This document shows, piece after piece, positions 12,957 through 23,837 of a DNA stretch of 64,000 bases; within the stretch, counting starts at the first letter, position 1, and each line of letters starts with the position of its first letter. The notes under the pieces were generated by a model. It saw nothing but the letters and a program-made list of their open reading frames with translations. It was not told the origin of the DNA and did not search any database. The stretch is from Marsupella aquatica (lineage: Eukaryota; Plantae; Marchantiophyta). The stretch spans positions 902,143 through 966,142 of the forward strand of contig OZ316891.1 of assembly GCA_973895155.1 (NCBI GenBank). The letters run 5' to 3'. The position numbers and the translations under genes were made by a program.

Positions 12957-15900
12957 CTAAAACAACTGCTGGAGGACTTTTTTGCATTCTCTCAAAACAT
13001 CCACCCGTTTGTGCAACGTCTGTCGCTTCTGAAGGGTGGATGCGTTCTCCTCCATGAGAGTAGCCATATCCTGACCCATCTGGCCCTTCAAGGTGACACT
13101 CCAGAGGCTGCTATGAAGCGCGTTTTCCAGTGCAAATCGGATCTCCAAGGGAATGCCGTCGGCCATTCGTTTGTACACGACCTTGCAGTACGCTGCCAAG
13201 TTCACTTTCATGTCGAAGGCTGACTGATATTCGTTCGACTTATTGAGAACTAACTCTTCGAAATATATGGGTTCATACCCTTCTACTTTGACCGCACTAT
13301 ATAAAGGAGATCTTGGATTCGATTTGAAATTGGTCACAGCCTCTCTAATCTTCTCAACATTGGCCATGTAGTAATCGTTCATAGTGAAAACATTTGATCG
13401 CTCTTTCTGCAGGACACGGGCGACATATTTCCTACACTTGTACTTAGATTTGTCGAGAACGTTGCCTGCATCCTGCAATTGAACATATAGTACGTCAAAG
13501 TCAGATGCGATAAGGAAAATAAGAAATGCCGATTTGATCTCGATATTTTTTGTGGGTAGATGTATTGTTCTGGAATTATGGAGACAGATTCTTGAACCTT
13601 GCGCGTAGATCATTCACGTGTGATACTTACCACGAATTGCGCATTATCCAAAAAGCAAATATCACAGGGTTGCAATCCATAACTTGAAGGACGTACTTGT
13701 TTGTATGCCGCGTTTAATTTTGGAAAAGCACTCGTCGAGCTCTCAATGATCTCGAACACAAACGTCCTGGCGTACTTATGGGTCTCGGCCACCAGCTCCT
13801 CGCACACATCGGCGACCTTGTCAATCTCGTGTCTGACAAGACGTTTCATAAGTGCGGGGGACTGAAAATTTGGTAGTGTCAATCCTCTCATCTCGCTCAT
13901 GTCCAACAAGATGTTCATTGTTTTAGTCTCTGTTAATATTTCTTTCATGTTTTCATGCAAGCTGTCGCTGAACTTCTTGAACATTTCGTCTAGCCTTGCA
14001 GGATAATGCATTTCGATTTGGTCTCCGAATTTGTCGTAGTTTCCATTCAGCATCACATCCTGCATTAAGCTTTTGTTGCGGTCAACGATATTAAAAAATA
14101 CAGTAGTCAAATCTTCGCCGCCTAGCACGCTCTGAGGAAGAGCTTCCAGTTCCCTCTTTCTTTCGAGCAATGCCTTGTTAATCTGCTGTTGAATCCCTGG
14201 AAAGAATTAAGGTCCGGCATATGAGATTGTCAGCCATAGAAATATTATACAGCTATTTATAGTCTCGCTCGTGCGGCTTGGCCAGTAACTAAGAACTGTC
14301 TTGCTGTACTAGGATATTGGACAAATGATCTTGTAACTGAGCGTGTCCAGATCGAATGGTGTAATTCCTCATCTACTCCAGCAACAGATACAACGCAGGT
14401 CAGATCTACATATCGTTATAGCGAGGACCCTGCTCAATTCTACTGTAGTTCTCTATCAAATGCCGCAGGCCAGATGTCCATGGCGTTCGCCATCAATCAG
14501 TCCCTCTCACACTGACAAGATATTGGAACAGTTCGTGATCCAGTATGATGTGGGGCTAGCTGGCTAGCTACAGTTAGCTGGTTCTTAACTTTAGTTGTAG
14601 GTGTTGATTAGTGCATTTCTCCGGCTAAGAAGTTCTCACCTGGTAGGCTAAAGCGAATGATGTTCGCTTGAATTTGTGTGAGACGTTCGGCCAAGGATGG
14701 GATCCCCACAGAGCTTTTGTGGAGCTTCGAGAGAGAAGGATGTGTTTCGAAAAGCTTTCTCTCCTGCTCTCGCGCTTCCTCATGAGATGCATCGCTGTCT
14801 GTTTGGTTCCTGCAGCGTAAAACAGCCCAAGTTGTTTGCCTTACGAGGACAGACTCAAATTCATCTCAAGCAACTTGAGAGATCCGATGACTGTTCTGCC
14901 AGCATGCCCTACGAGCTTATTGAATTCCTAGGTATTCATGCGGCCACATCGTACAGTCTTAATTCATCAATTATATATGCTATTTTGAGTTGCAAGCTTA
15001 CGAAAAAATAAATAGTTGTACATGAGCACTCTTTTTCTTTGCAGTACACATTTGTTATCAGTTGTAGGAAGATTTATGAAAAGAGTAACTCGATATGCAT
15101 GTCACCAATTAATTTGAGTCGGACGACACCCAAATGCTGACGCACTATATAGGTTATAGGTAACTTAATTTTATGCTCATATATTCCACCGAGGCAATGA
15201 AATCAGAGAGACTTACCGCATTCGCTACCCATTAACTATACCGATGGAACAACCAATATATGATCCGAAAGACTTACCGCACACAAATGTACCCTAGACC
15301 GATGTTGACATCATCCGTTGTCACTTTCTCGTAAACGTGGTCGGGGGCTTGATCCACTTTGGTCACCACAGCCAACGTTCTCTGACCTTTCTTATCCGCC
15401 TCTTGCGACATCCTGATCGATTCGCATGTGGAAAAGTCCACAGTTGCCGATAGTACATTCAGTATCACCGTTTCTTTTGGTTTCACGTACTTCTGAATCA
15501 TTGCCTTAATCTGATCGTAGATGTCATCTGGCTGCCCGTGGACTGGTACTCGGGTGATACCTGCGTTTTTATCCATCCATCCTGCAAGTTAGTTCATTTC
15601 GACAGTATAGCTACGATTAAGCATTTTAAGCCAGTTGCCTAGCTCGAATCCCGGTAAAAGAAACCGAATTTGACCATAGAGCCTCAACTCGTTAAGACCA
15701 TCCAACGTTTTACCCGAACGCAACTTGTCAAACTTTTTGATGTCAAGAAAAGTAACTCCTGCACTTCATGTCTTCTAGCTAGGAATGAAGTGCTGTATAT
15801 AGACCTTTAGGTAGGCTAGCCAGATGCGCATTCATAACCTTCTGCTACAAGTCAATTAATATGGACCATGTAACCCGATTCATGTAGATCAATACATATG

Positions 15901-16349
15901 TAATTAAATGGACCTGGGAGATCAATCATCGTGAGGTCAGGCGCGTCTGGCTTTCGTATGTGCAGAGAAATTTTTCCATCGGTAAGAACGCCTTTTCCAG
16001 TGCCGGCCAGGGCATTTGTCGCAGCATCTACCTGCTCCTTGATCTGATCTTCTCTTATAGCTCTAGCTTCAATGTCCTTGTACGAGATGGTAATCGAGCT
16101 CTCTTCGGAATCAGGACATCTCTCCAATCGGAGTACAAGGGGAACTCTGGTGGCGATACCCTGTCCCCTGGGTAAGTTGATCGTGGCAAGCGATTCCAGA
16201 ACAGAAGACTTGCCACTGGACTGATCCCCCACAACAACTATGCTGGGGAGAGGAATGCCCTCGCTGGTGACCTTCAGATTTCGCAGCTTGTCCACGGCAT
16301 CAAGAAGAGGGCGGATGTTTCTATCGAACTTTTCGCTAAGGTCCGCCAT
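12957..16349 (-). CDS. Mx-like / DRP4 dynamin-related GTPase, copy Mx1, 5 exons, 634 aa
   Basis: Exons 16349-15914, 15560-15278, 14809-14640, 14196-13697, 13472-12957; all GT-AG; sum 1905 nt. G1 GDQSSGKS, G2 T, G3 DLPG, G4 TKVD; middle domain and GED; no PH or PRD domain. Confidence 0.93.
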
Positions 16350-16691
16350 AATTCTGGCTGAAACAGCGAATTGAAGTGCTTCCGATCCACGTTGTCGTTC
16401 AGGAAGCGATTGAACTCACCAACAATTGAAATAGACGTGGTCAGGATCGAGCTTCTGAAATCTTTCAATTACGGTAGAGTTTCGATGTGCCAAACTAGAC
16501 AGCACAGCGGAGTGCTCTATCTTAAGTCGTAAGATCCACAGGGATATCTATAGCGGACAAAGATGCAGAATGTAAGGATGACAGACTAGCGAATTTTCCT
16601 GCCTGATCATGAATTGTGAGCATGAATTGTGAGCTTCTCGAGGTTGAGAAGTGCAGGATACCCTAAGTCCAGTTTTTACTTTGCCATGCCA

Positions 16692-16698
16692 TTATATA
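16692..16698 (-). promoter_or_regulatory. Putative TATA box of Mx1
   Basis: CCTATATAA ~340 bp upstream of ATG; equivalent boxes precede Mx2 (26884-26890), Mx3 (44532-44538) and Mx4 (60686-60692). Confidence 0.55.
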
Positions 16699-16704
16699 GG
16701 TCAC

Positions 16705-17350
16705 TAGGAATTCGAGAGTGTTCTCTAGGGTCGATCTGTACACCAACTGGTTCCTTTGCAGCCACGGAGTAAAATTGAAAGACTGAACACCAGAAGTTCA
16801 GCGCATCGTTGTCCAGATCAGGAATTTGAGAGTGTTCTTGATCGGTATACCAACAGTGAGTTTTCAGTGACGAAGTGGAATTCCCAACACCGTGAACTCT
16901 CGACGGTGATAAGTTCGGAATACTGCATGACGTCCAGCTTTTAGTGTGTACGGACTAATGGTTGGAGAGGGTTTCTCAGTATATCAACAGGTTCTGATCC
17001 GTGAAATGGAATTTCAAACACCGTGAAGCTGATACGTCGGAATACCCGACGTCCACGTTTCAGTCTACGTACCGTTATACAGACCAAGAATTTGCGAGTG
17101 TTCTGATCAGTATATCAACAGGTGAGTTTTTAGTGACGAAGTAGAATTCAAAGCATCGTAATATAAGAAAGCTGTCATTCTGTTCTCAAACAGTAATACG
17201 CTAAAAGCAATTATATTGAGTTTGCACTAAAAATTGAAAATACTGTTTGATACACTAGAAACAATAATACGCTAAAAGCAAACTATTTGAGCTCGCACGA
17301 AATATTTCTAACCAGTTCCCCATTGAGCTCGCACGAACTTTGAGCTCGCC
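16705..17350. repeat. Degenerate tandem repeats upstream of Mx1 (~130-bp units, then shorter repeats)
   Basis: GAATTT.GAGTGTTCT, GTATA(C/T)CAACAG, GTGACGAAGT(G/A)GAATTC and ACACCGTGAA recur in 16705-17160; AATACGCTAAAAGCAA x2 and TTGAGCTCGC x3 in 17190-17350. Confidence 0.65.
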
Positions 17351-17676
17351 TGTCAACAACGACGCAAAGGTTCAGTTCGTGAATGGAGCACTCTTTTGCC
17401 ATCGTGTATCACGATTTCTAGTTTACGAGATGGAATTTATTTGCCCAGGAAAATATTGTCTCGTGTAAGTTGAAGATGACAAACGCGCGGGTGGATCTGG
17501 GCAGCAAGGATGTCCAGCCTAATGAGCGTACTCAAACTGGGATAAGTGTTTTGCCGGGGATTGAACTTCTATCACACATTTCTGCACGAAGTCATGGAAA
17601 GTTGGATATTGGAGACATATTGGCCGGTACACAAAGATCGCTTACATTCATTTTCGCCTAGACGATGGTATATAAC

Positions 17677-17954
17677 TGTTGGAAATAAGGACAAACTGTC
17701 CTTATTGGACTCCCTTATTACTCGCTGTTAATTAGATAGTTGCTAACTGTAATTAGGTAGAGATTAATAGTTGCCGTTAGGAATACCGGTGATCTGCGTT
17801 GCCACTTGTCTTACATTACATTTACTTAGTGGGTAGGCCGTTTCTCCTGGCACGCTTGTGCCCGTTGCCTTCTGGGCCTGCCCCTCTCCGTTCCTCTGTG
17901 TATATTACTTCCCCCATTCGGGAAGACTAATTAAGTTTTACAGAAATTTTCACA
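17677..17954 (+). repeat. Copia-1 5' LTR
   Basis: TGTTGGAAATAAGG...TTTTCACA, followed by the tRNA-iMet PBS. Confidence 0.95.
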
Positions 17955-18006
17955 TGGTATCAGAGCAGAGTAATTCTTAGAGTCCTCGCACAGCAAGGAA
18001 CTCACC

Positions 18007-21000
18007 ATGTCTTCTTCCGATGCTACGAAGATTTCATTCTCTGATAGCGATAAGGTAGTGGGTAATCAGAATTACACCATCTGGGCATTTCACGTCGAAC
18101 AGATCCTCAGAGAGAAGGATCTATGGTACATTGTTGATCCAGCTGCTGTCCAGGCCACGTCTCAGACGTCACCTGGAGGCAGCGGACCACCAAGCACTGG
18201 CGGACCCTCTTCCACTGGCGGAGCTTCATCCACTTCGGGATCAACTGTTGGTGGCACTGGAACTACTCCATCAAGCAGTGGAGGGACCGTTGGCACTAGT
18301 TCTGGCACGACTCCAGGATCTGGCACCACCGGTCCCCTCACTCACGCTGGAGTCACGGCCACTGTTCACCCCGACACACAGAAGCACAAGGAACGGGTAA
18401 TTATAATACTCACCAAAACTGTCACTGCCTCCATCTTTCCCATTGTCAGTAGGATACGCACTGACCCTGCCAAGCTATGCGCCACGCTCAAGAAGAAGTA
18501 CGAATCCTCTGCCATTCAACGCAAGCTAGACCTCAAGACAACTCTCATTGAGCTCAAGCTGTCTGAAGGAGCATCGATTGAAGACTACCTCAAAAGGGTG
18601 GAACATCACGTGATGGAGCTAGCCTCAATCGGAGAAGAAATTCCCGATAAGGAGCTCATTCAGATTGTTTTGAGGAATCTCCCTGATAGTTGGTCGTCGT
18701 TTATATCTGTGTATGGAGTAATGTACTTGAAGGACACACAAGCTACGTTTGCAGATCTCGAGGAGTACCTGCAAGCGGAGGAATTTCATCGCAGAATCCG
18801 CAATGGAGAGCCCAAGGAGCAATCGCTCATTGCAGCAACATATGATCATCGACGAGATGGCGGCAGAGGAGGCCGTGGCCGAGGCCATGGCCGGTTCAAT
18901 CGGTGGGGCCCTCGACGCGTCGACCCTGGCAGACGAGACCCTGGCAGGCCAGCCCCTGACAGGAGAGGGGATGCGTGCAACTACTGCGGGAAGAGAGGAC
19001 ACTGGGAACCAGACTGCTTTGAGAAACTTGCTCACGTTGAGATGAAGTCCATGAGTGGAGCCCAGATGCGGGAGCTCTCACAGAGCATCAAGGACATAAA
19101 GGGTCTTGGTCCTAAGTCCTTCTTTGCTGTCCAGGGCGACATCGGGGATAGTAGCCCTGACAAAGCTGATGGCGGTGGTGAAGATCTAACGGCTCTTACT
19201 GTAGAAGCCATGCTTAGCGAGTTTGAAAAAAGTAGTTCAAACAATCAGACTTGGATTTTGGATAGTGGAGCTTCAGCCCACATTAGTCACGATAAGACTA
19301 GCTTTGCTTCACTTAGCAGCACTCCATCCACCTCAAACGTCCTGACCGCCAATGGCTCTAAAATGCCTATCTCAGGATCCGGATGTATTTCTCTTTCAAA
19401 GAATAAAACCATCTCTGATGTTCTTTACGTGCCGAGTGTTACCAGAAAATTTAATCTGATCTCAGTCGGAAAGCTCACCGACCAGGGACATAATGTCCTA
19501 TTCAATTCCACACATTGCTATGTCTTAGATAAGCATTCTCCATTCATTGTCAGACTCAGAGGTACAAGGGATCCATCCAGTAAGCTGTATAAGCTCCAGG
19601 CCCCGTCTATGTCACCGATCAAGCAAGGCTCGGCTCAACTCAACAAAAATTTTATTCTCCACCCAAAGGTAGCGACTCAGTGCAACCGTGCTGAACCTCG
19701 ACTATCTCAACATGATCTTTGGCACCAGCGTCTAGGCCACTCGAGCTCTCAGCGCATTACGTACATGACTCGCAACAAACTCATTGTTGGGGCTCCTCTA
19801 CTCGCGCTCTCCACGGATGTTTGTGACACCTGCGTACAGGGGAAGCAAACTCGACAACGAATCCCTAAGGCCACCTTCAGAGCAACACGGCCTCTGGAGT
19901 TAGTTCATTCTGATCTTTGCGGGCCTCTCCCTGTCTCATCTATTTCCGGAGCCAGGTATGTTATCACATTTACTGATGACTACTCTCGTTATACCTGGGT
20001 CTACTTTCTGAAGTATAAGAGTCAAGCTCTTGATACATTTAAAGTCTTCAAGCAACGAATTGAGACGTCACTCGGGTGCAAATTATCCTGCCTTCGCAGT
20101 GATAGAGGAGGAGAATACACGTCTGAATTATTTCGTTCTTTTTGCGATCTACATGGCATCACTCGCCAGCTCACTGTAGCTCGAACACCTCATCAAAATG
20201 GAGTGGCCGAGAGAAAAAATAGAACCCTGCTTGAAATGGTCCGTAGTCTATCACTTGGGTCTAATGCCCTTGCCATTCTCTGGGCGGAAATATTACAAAC
20301 GGCCAACTACATCAACAATCGATGCAGTACTAGGGCTCTTAATCTGTCCACTCCGTTTGAATGTCTCACTCTGACCAAACCAGATGTAAGTCATTTCAGA
20401 ATTATTGGTAGCACTGCTCATGTCCATATCCCCAAAGAAATGCGCAACAAGCTGGGATCCAAGTCTATAAAGTGCGTACTCATAGGATATGACGAACAGA
20501 GTAAGGCCTATCGCTGCTTCAATCCTTCCACTCGTCAGATACTTGTCTCAAGAGACGTCATTATTGATGAGGCCACTCCAGGGGGCTTCTCCCGATCAGT
20601 CAGTGAGAATAGAGAGAGTCTGTATGACTTGGTCTCATCTGCCGACATTGGTTCAAGCTTGTCCCATGTGGACACTATTGTCTCTCACACTACTAACGAC
20701 TCTGATTCAACTGCTGCTGCTGATTCTACCACGTCAATACAAGATACCCCTTTAGAGGAGGTCTCTCAGGAACTCGATAACATACCCCTAGAGGTCTCTC
20801 AGGAACCTGCTACGACTCCTTCTGACTCAGAAATAAGCCATCCACCGGCTCATGAGTCTCGCCCGGTTCGCCGTGCACGTCAAAGAAGTCTCCAGCGAAG
20901 TCTTGAGAGAACTCGGCCCCCATCCGGGAGAATCACTTCACTTCCCTACAAATATTCAGATTTCCATATTTACTTGTCCACTGAGCATGCTAACGACTGT

Positions 21001-22665
21001 CTTGCCATGTTAGCTGACTCGGCTAATGACATCCAGCTTAGCGACGCATTGGTTGACCCGCGCTGGGTAGCTGCCATGCAACTAGAACTCCTTGCTCATG
21101 AGAAGAATGGAACCTGGGAGCTAGTTGAGCTTCCCCCGGGCGAGAAAGCACTGTCAGCTAGGTGGGTGCTTCGAGAAAAGATCGACCATGCTGGCAAAAC
21201 CAAGTTCAAGGCACGAGTGGTAGCACGTGGAAATGAGCAAGTTGAAGGCCTAGACTATGAAGAGACGTTCGCCCCGGTAGTCCGATGGTCAACAGTTCGC
21301 ATCATCGTTGCTCTGGCTGCTATGTTCGGATGGCCACTGTTTCACATGGACGTAGTGATGGCATTTCTCAATAGCATGCTTAAAGAAACCATCTACATGA
21401 GACAGCGCGCCCCCGGGGTTTCTCAAACAGGGACAACGCGTGCTAGTGTGCAGATTGAGACGCTCAATTTATGGGCTCAAGCAAAGTCCCAGGGCATGGT
21501 ATGAAGAAGTTGATTCCTTCTTAAGATCAGTCGGCTGTGTGCGAAGTTCGCTAGATCCCAATCTCTACTTTAAGCAAGAGGGAGACAAGACAGCCATCGT
21601 TCTACTCTTTGTAGACGACTTGCTGATCACCGGTAGCGGCTCAAAACTCATTGCCGAACTCAAACATCAACTACAGTCCAAGTATGAGATGAAAGACCTT
21701 GGCACTGCCAAACGCTACTTGGGAGTCGACTTTCACAACTCAGAAAAGGGAATTCTTCTGCACCAGCAACCTTATGCTAATCAACTGGTGCTCGACCTTG
21801 GAATGGAGAACTGTCGCCCAGTCTCTACTCCACTTCCTGAGAGCTTGGAGTTATCTTCTGAAACTAGCACTCCAGATATAGATGTCACGACCTATTGCAG
21901 ACTAGTTGGCAAGCTAATCTATCTTACTCACACCAGACCTGATCTCTCTTTTGCCGTAGGACTAGTAAGCAGGTTTATGAGCCAACCTCAACAAGCACAC
22001 TATGACACAGCTGTGCACATCGTAAGGTACATCAAAGGCACCACCGACTATGGAGTCTTCTATAAAAAAGGAGGGGAGCTGGATCTACAAGGGTACACTG
22101 ACTCCGATTGGGGTAATTCTTGTCCCGACACTCGAAGGTCAACAGGAGGATACATTTACCAGATAGCAGGGGGACCGGTGACCTGGAGTAGTAAGCGTCA
22201 GCCAACAGTATCTCGCTCCACCACTGAAGCTGAATATCGAGCCTTGTCGGACGGAGCCCAAGAAGGAGTCTATCTGAAACGTCTAGTAGAGGAACTACAG
22301 CAGCATGCGATCAGTCCCACAACCTCAAATGTAAAAATGCAGACATAGCACATGATCTGAGGGAGTCATCCATTCCCACTCAACAGGATTTACACATACA
22401 TTGTGATAACATGAGCTCCATCAAGCTTGCGAAGAACGCAGTATTTCATGCGAGGACGAAGCATCTCGAAATACACCATCACTTTATCAGGGAGAGAGTA
22501 CTTGACGGAGAAATCTCTGTTCAACATATCAAGTCTGAAGACCAGGTCGCTGACATACTCACAAAGGTGCTCTCGAAGGTCAAGTTCGACAAAAATCGAG
22601 ATTACTTAGGGATGAAATCCCTGACTCAACTTGAGTCAGCTGGATCCTCGTCCTTACGACGGTAG
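18007..22665 (+). pseudogene. Copia-1 gag-pol with two frameshifts
   Basis: CNYCGKRGHWEPDC zinc knuckle; WILDSGAS protease; HQRLGH..CDTC and HSDLCGP/SDRGGEY/NGVAERKNR integrase; YGLKQSPRAW and LFVDD RT; TDSDW..ADILTK RNase H. Apparent 4-bp insertion (CGCG) at ~21406 and a 1-bp deletion at ~22322. Confidence 0.92.
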
Positions 22666-22726
22666 TCACATCTTTTTACAGCATCTACTTCAGATCATTC
22701 TCTCCTAGACCTAACAAACGAGAATG

Positions 22727-23245
22727 TCAGCGAAATCTACCTACATCGCGATCTATGTACGCCTCCGCTTCCTGCCTAGTCCTAAAGGATTTGAATTTAT
22801 TCCCACGAAATCCATTCACTAGGGGCTCTACCTCATCCCAGGACGTGTATATCCCTGGGCGCCTCCCCCGTGCCACGGCATAGTATCTCCGCGGCATCTC
22901 AACTGCGCCAGCATGTAACTGCACTGATAGCGGCTCAACATCGACATTCACCATTGGTGATCGCTTCAGAAGATCACTTGGTGGCACTTCTGTAAGCTGT
23001 CGACCATTATCTTCTCCATGCTGTTCACTAATCACGCCCCCGATCACACTGTCTCTGGAGCATTGTGCCCTTGGCACATCTTGGATTACTGATTCCGCTG
23101 CCAGGACCAGTTCTGTCTCGGGTCCTGCATTACGGTTGCCCCTTAACGTATCACATAGAAATCGTGCTACTGCTGATATGAACCCCAGCATCGCTAGGAG
23201 TAAACACAACGCTGATTCCCGCAAAGAGGCTTCTTCCTGCGCCAT
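22727..23245 (-). CDS. Antisense accessory ORF of Copia-1: hydrophobic N-terminal helix plus RNase H1 N-terminal (caulimovirus viroplasmin-like) hybrid/dsRNA-binding domain, 172 aa
   Basis: ATG-initiated intact ORF between pol stop and PPT. C-terminus RRYYAVARGRRPGIYTSWDEVEPLVNGFRGNKFKSFRTRQEAEAYI fits the RNase H1 hybrid-binding consensus; N-terminus ALCLLLAMLGFISAVARFL is hydrophobic. Confidence 0.85.
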   Translation of the reverse strand: MAQEEASLRESALCLLLAMLGFISAVARFLCDTLRGNRNAGPETELVLAAESVIQDVPRAQCSRDSVIGGVISEQHGEDNGRQLTEVPPSDLLKRSPMVNVDVEPLSVQLHAGAVEMPRRYYAVARGRRPGIYTSWDEVEPLVNGFRGNKFKSFRTRQEAEAYIDRDVGRFR

Positions 23246-23337
23246 TTCTCGTAAGAAACGTAATAGTGTGCCCCGTGGAGCTACGCTGTCTCTCCCTTGT
23301 ATCTGTCTCTGACCAGCGAAATGCGGTCGAGAGGAGG

Positions 23338-23615
23338 TGTTGGAAATAAGGACAAACTGTCCTTATTGGACTCCCTTATTACTCGCTGTTAATTAGATAG
23401 TTGCTAACTGTAATTAGGTAGAGATTAATAGTTGCCATTAGGAATACCGGTGATCTGCTTTGCCACTTGTCTTACATTACATTTACTTAGTGGGTAGGCC
23501 GTTTCTCCTGGCACGCTTGTGCCCGTTGCCTTCTGGGCCTGCCCCTCTCCGTTCCTCTGTGTATATTACTTCCCCCATTCGGGAAGACTAATTAAGTTTT
23601 ACAGAAACTTCCACA
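23338..23615 (+). repeat. Copia-1 3' LTR
   Basis: TGTTGGAAATAAGG...CTTCCACA, followed by TSD ATAAC. Confidence 0.95.
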
Positions 23616-23837
23616 ATAACATGCATATTTCCGTAAGCCAGTTCTATGTTCTGCGCGAAAAGTTTGGTTCAAAGCCCCGTCTGCTAGTCTGACGGTACAG
23701 GGCTGATGAACAGCCTAAATACTACACATGGAAACTACCACCTGCTATTAAACAGGCTAGGGAACACATCGATAACTATACTACCTCGATCACTAGATGA
23801 GTTCAAGTTCCACATATTTCTGGTTCTCAGGTGGCAC

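Larger units (their letters stand above)
17677..23615 (+). mobile_element. Copia-1: full-length Ty1/copia LTR retrotransposon (5.9 kb) with an extra antisense ORF
   Basis: 278-bp LTRs (TG...CA) at 17677-17954 and 23338-23615, ~4 mismatches; TSD ATAAC; PBS TGGTATCAGAGC directly after the 5' LTR; PPT GAGAGGAGG; domain order gag-PR-IN-RT-RH. Confidence 0.97.

Noticed and set aside
21400-21445. Programmed ribosomal frameshift in Copia-1 pol
   Set aside because: It falls in the middle of RT and is explained by a 4-bp insertion; no slippery heptamer, and a second frameshift occurs in RNase H.
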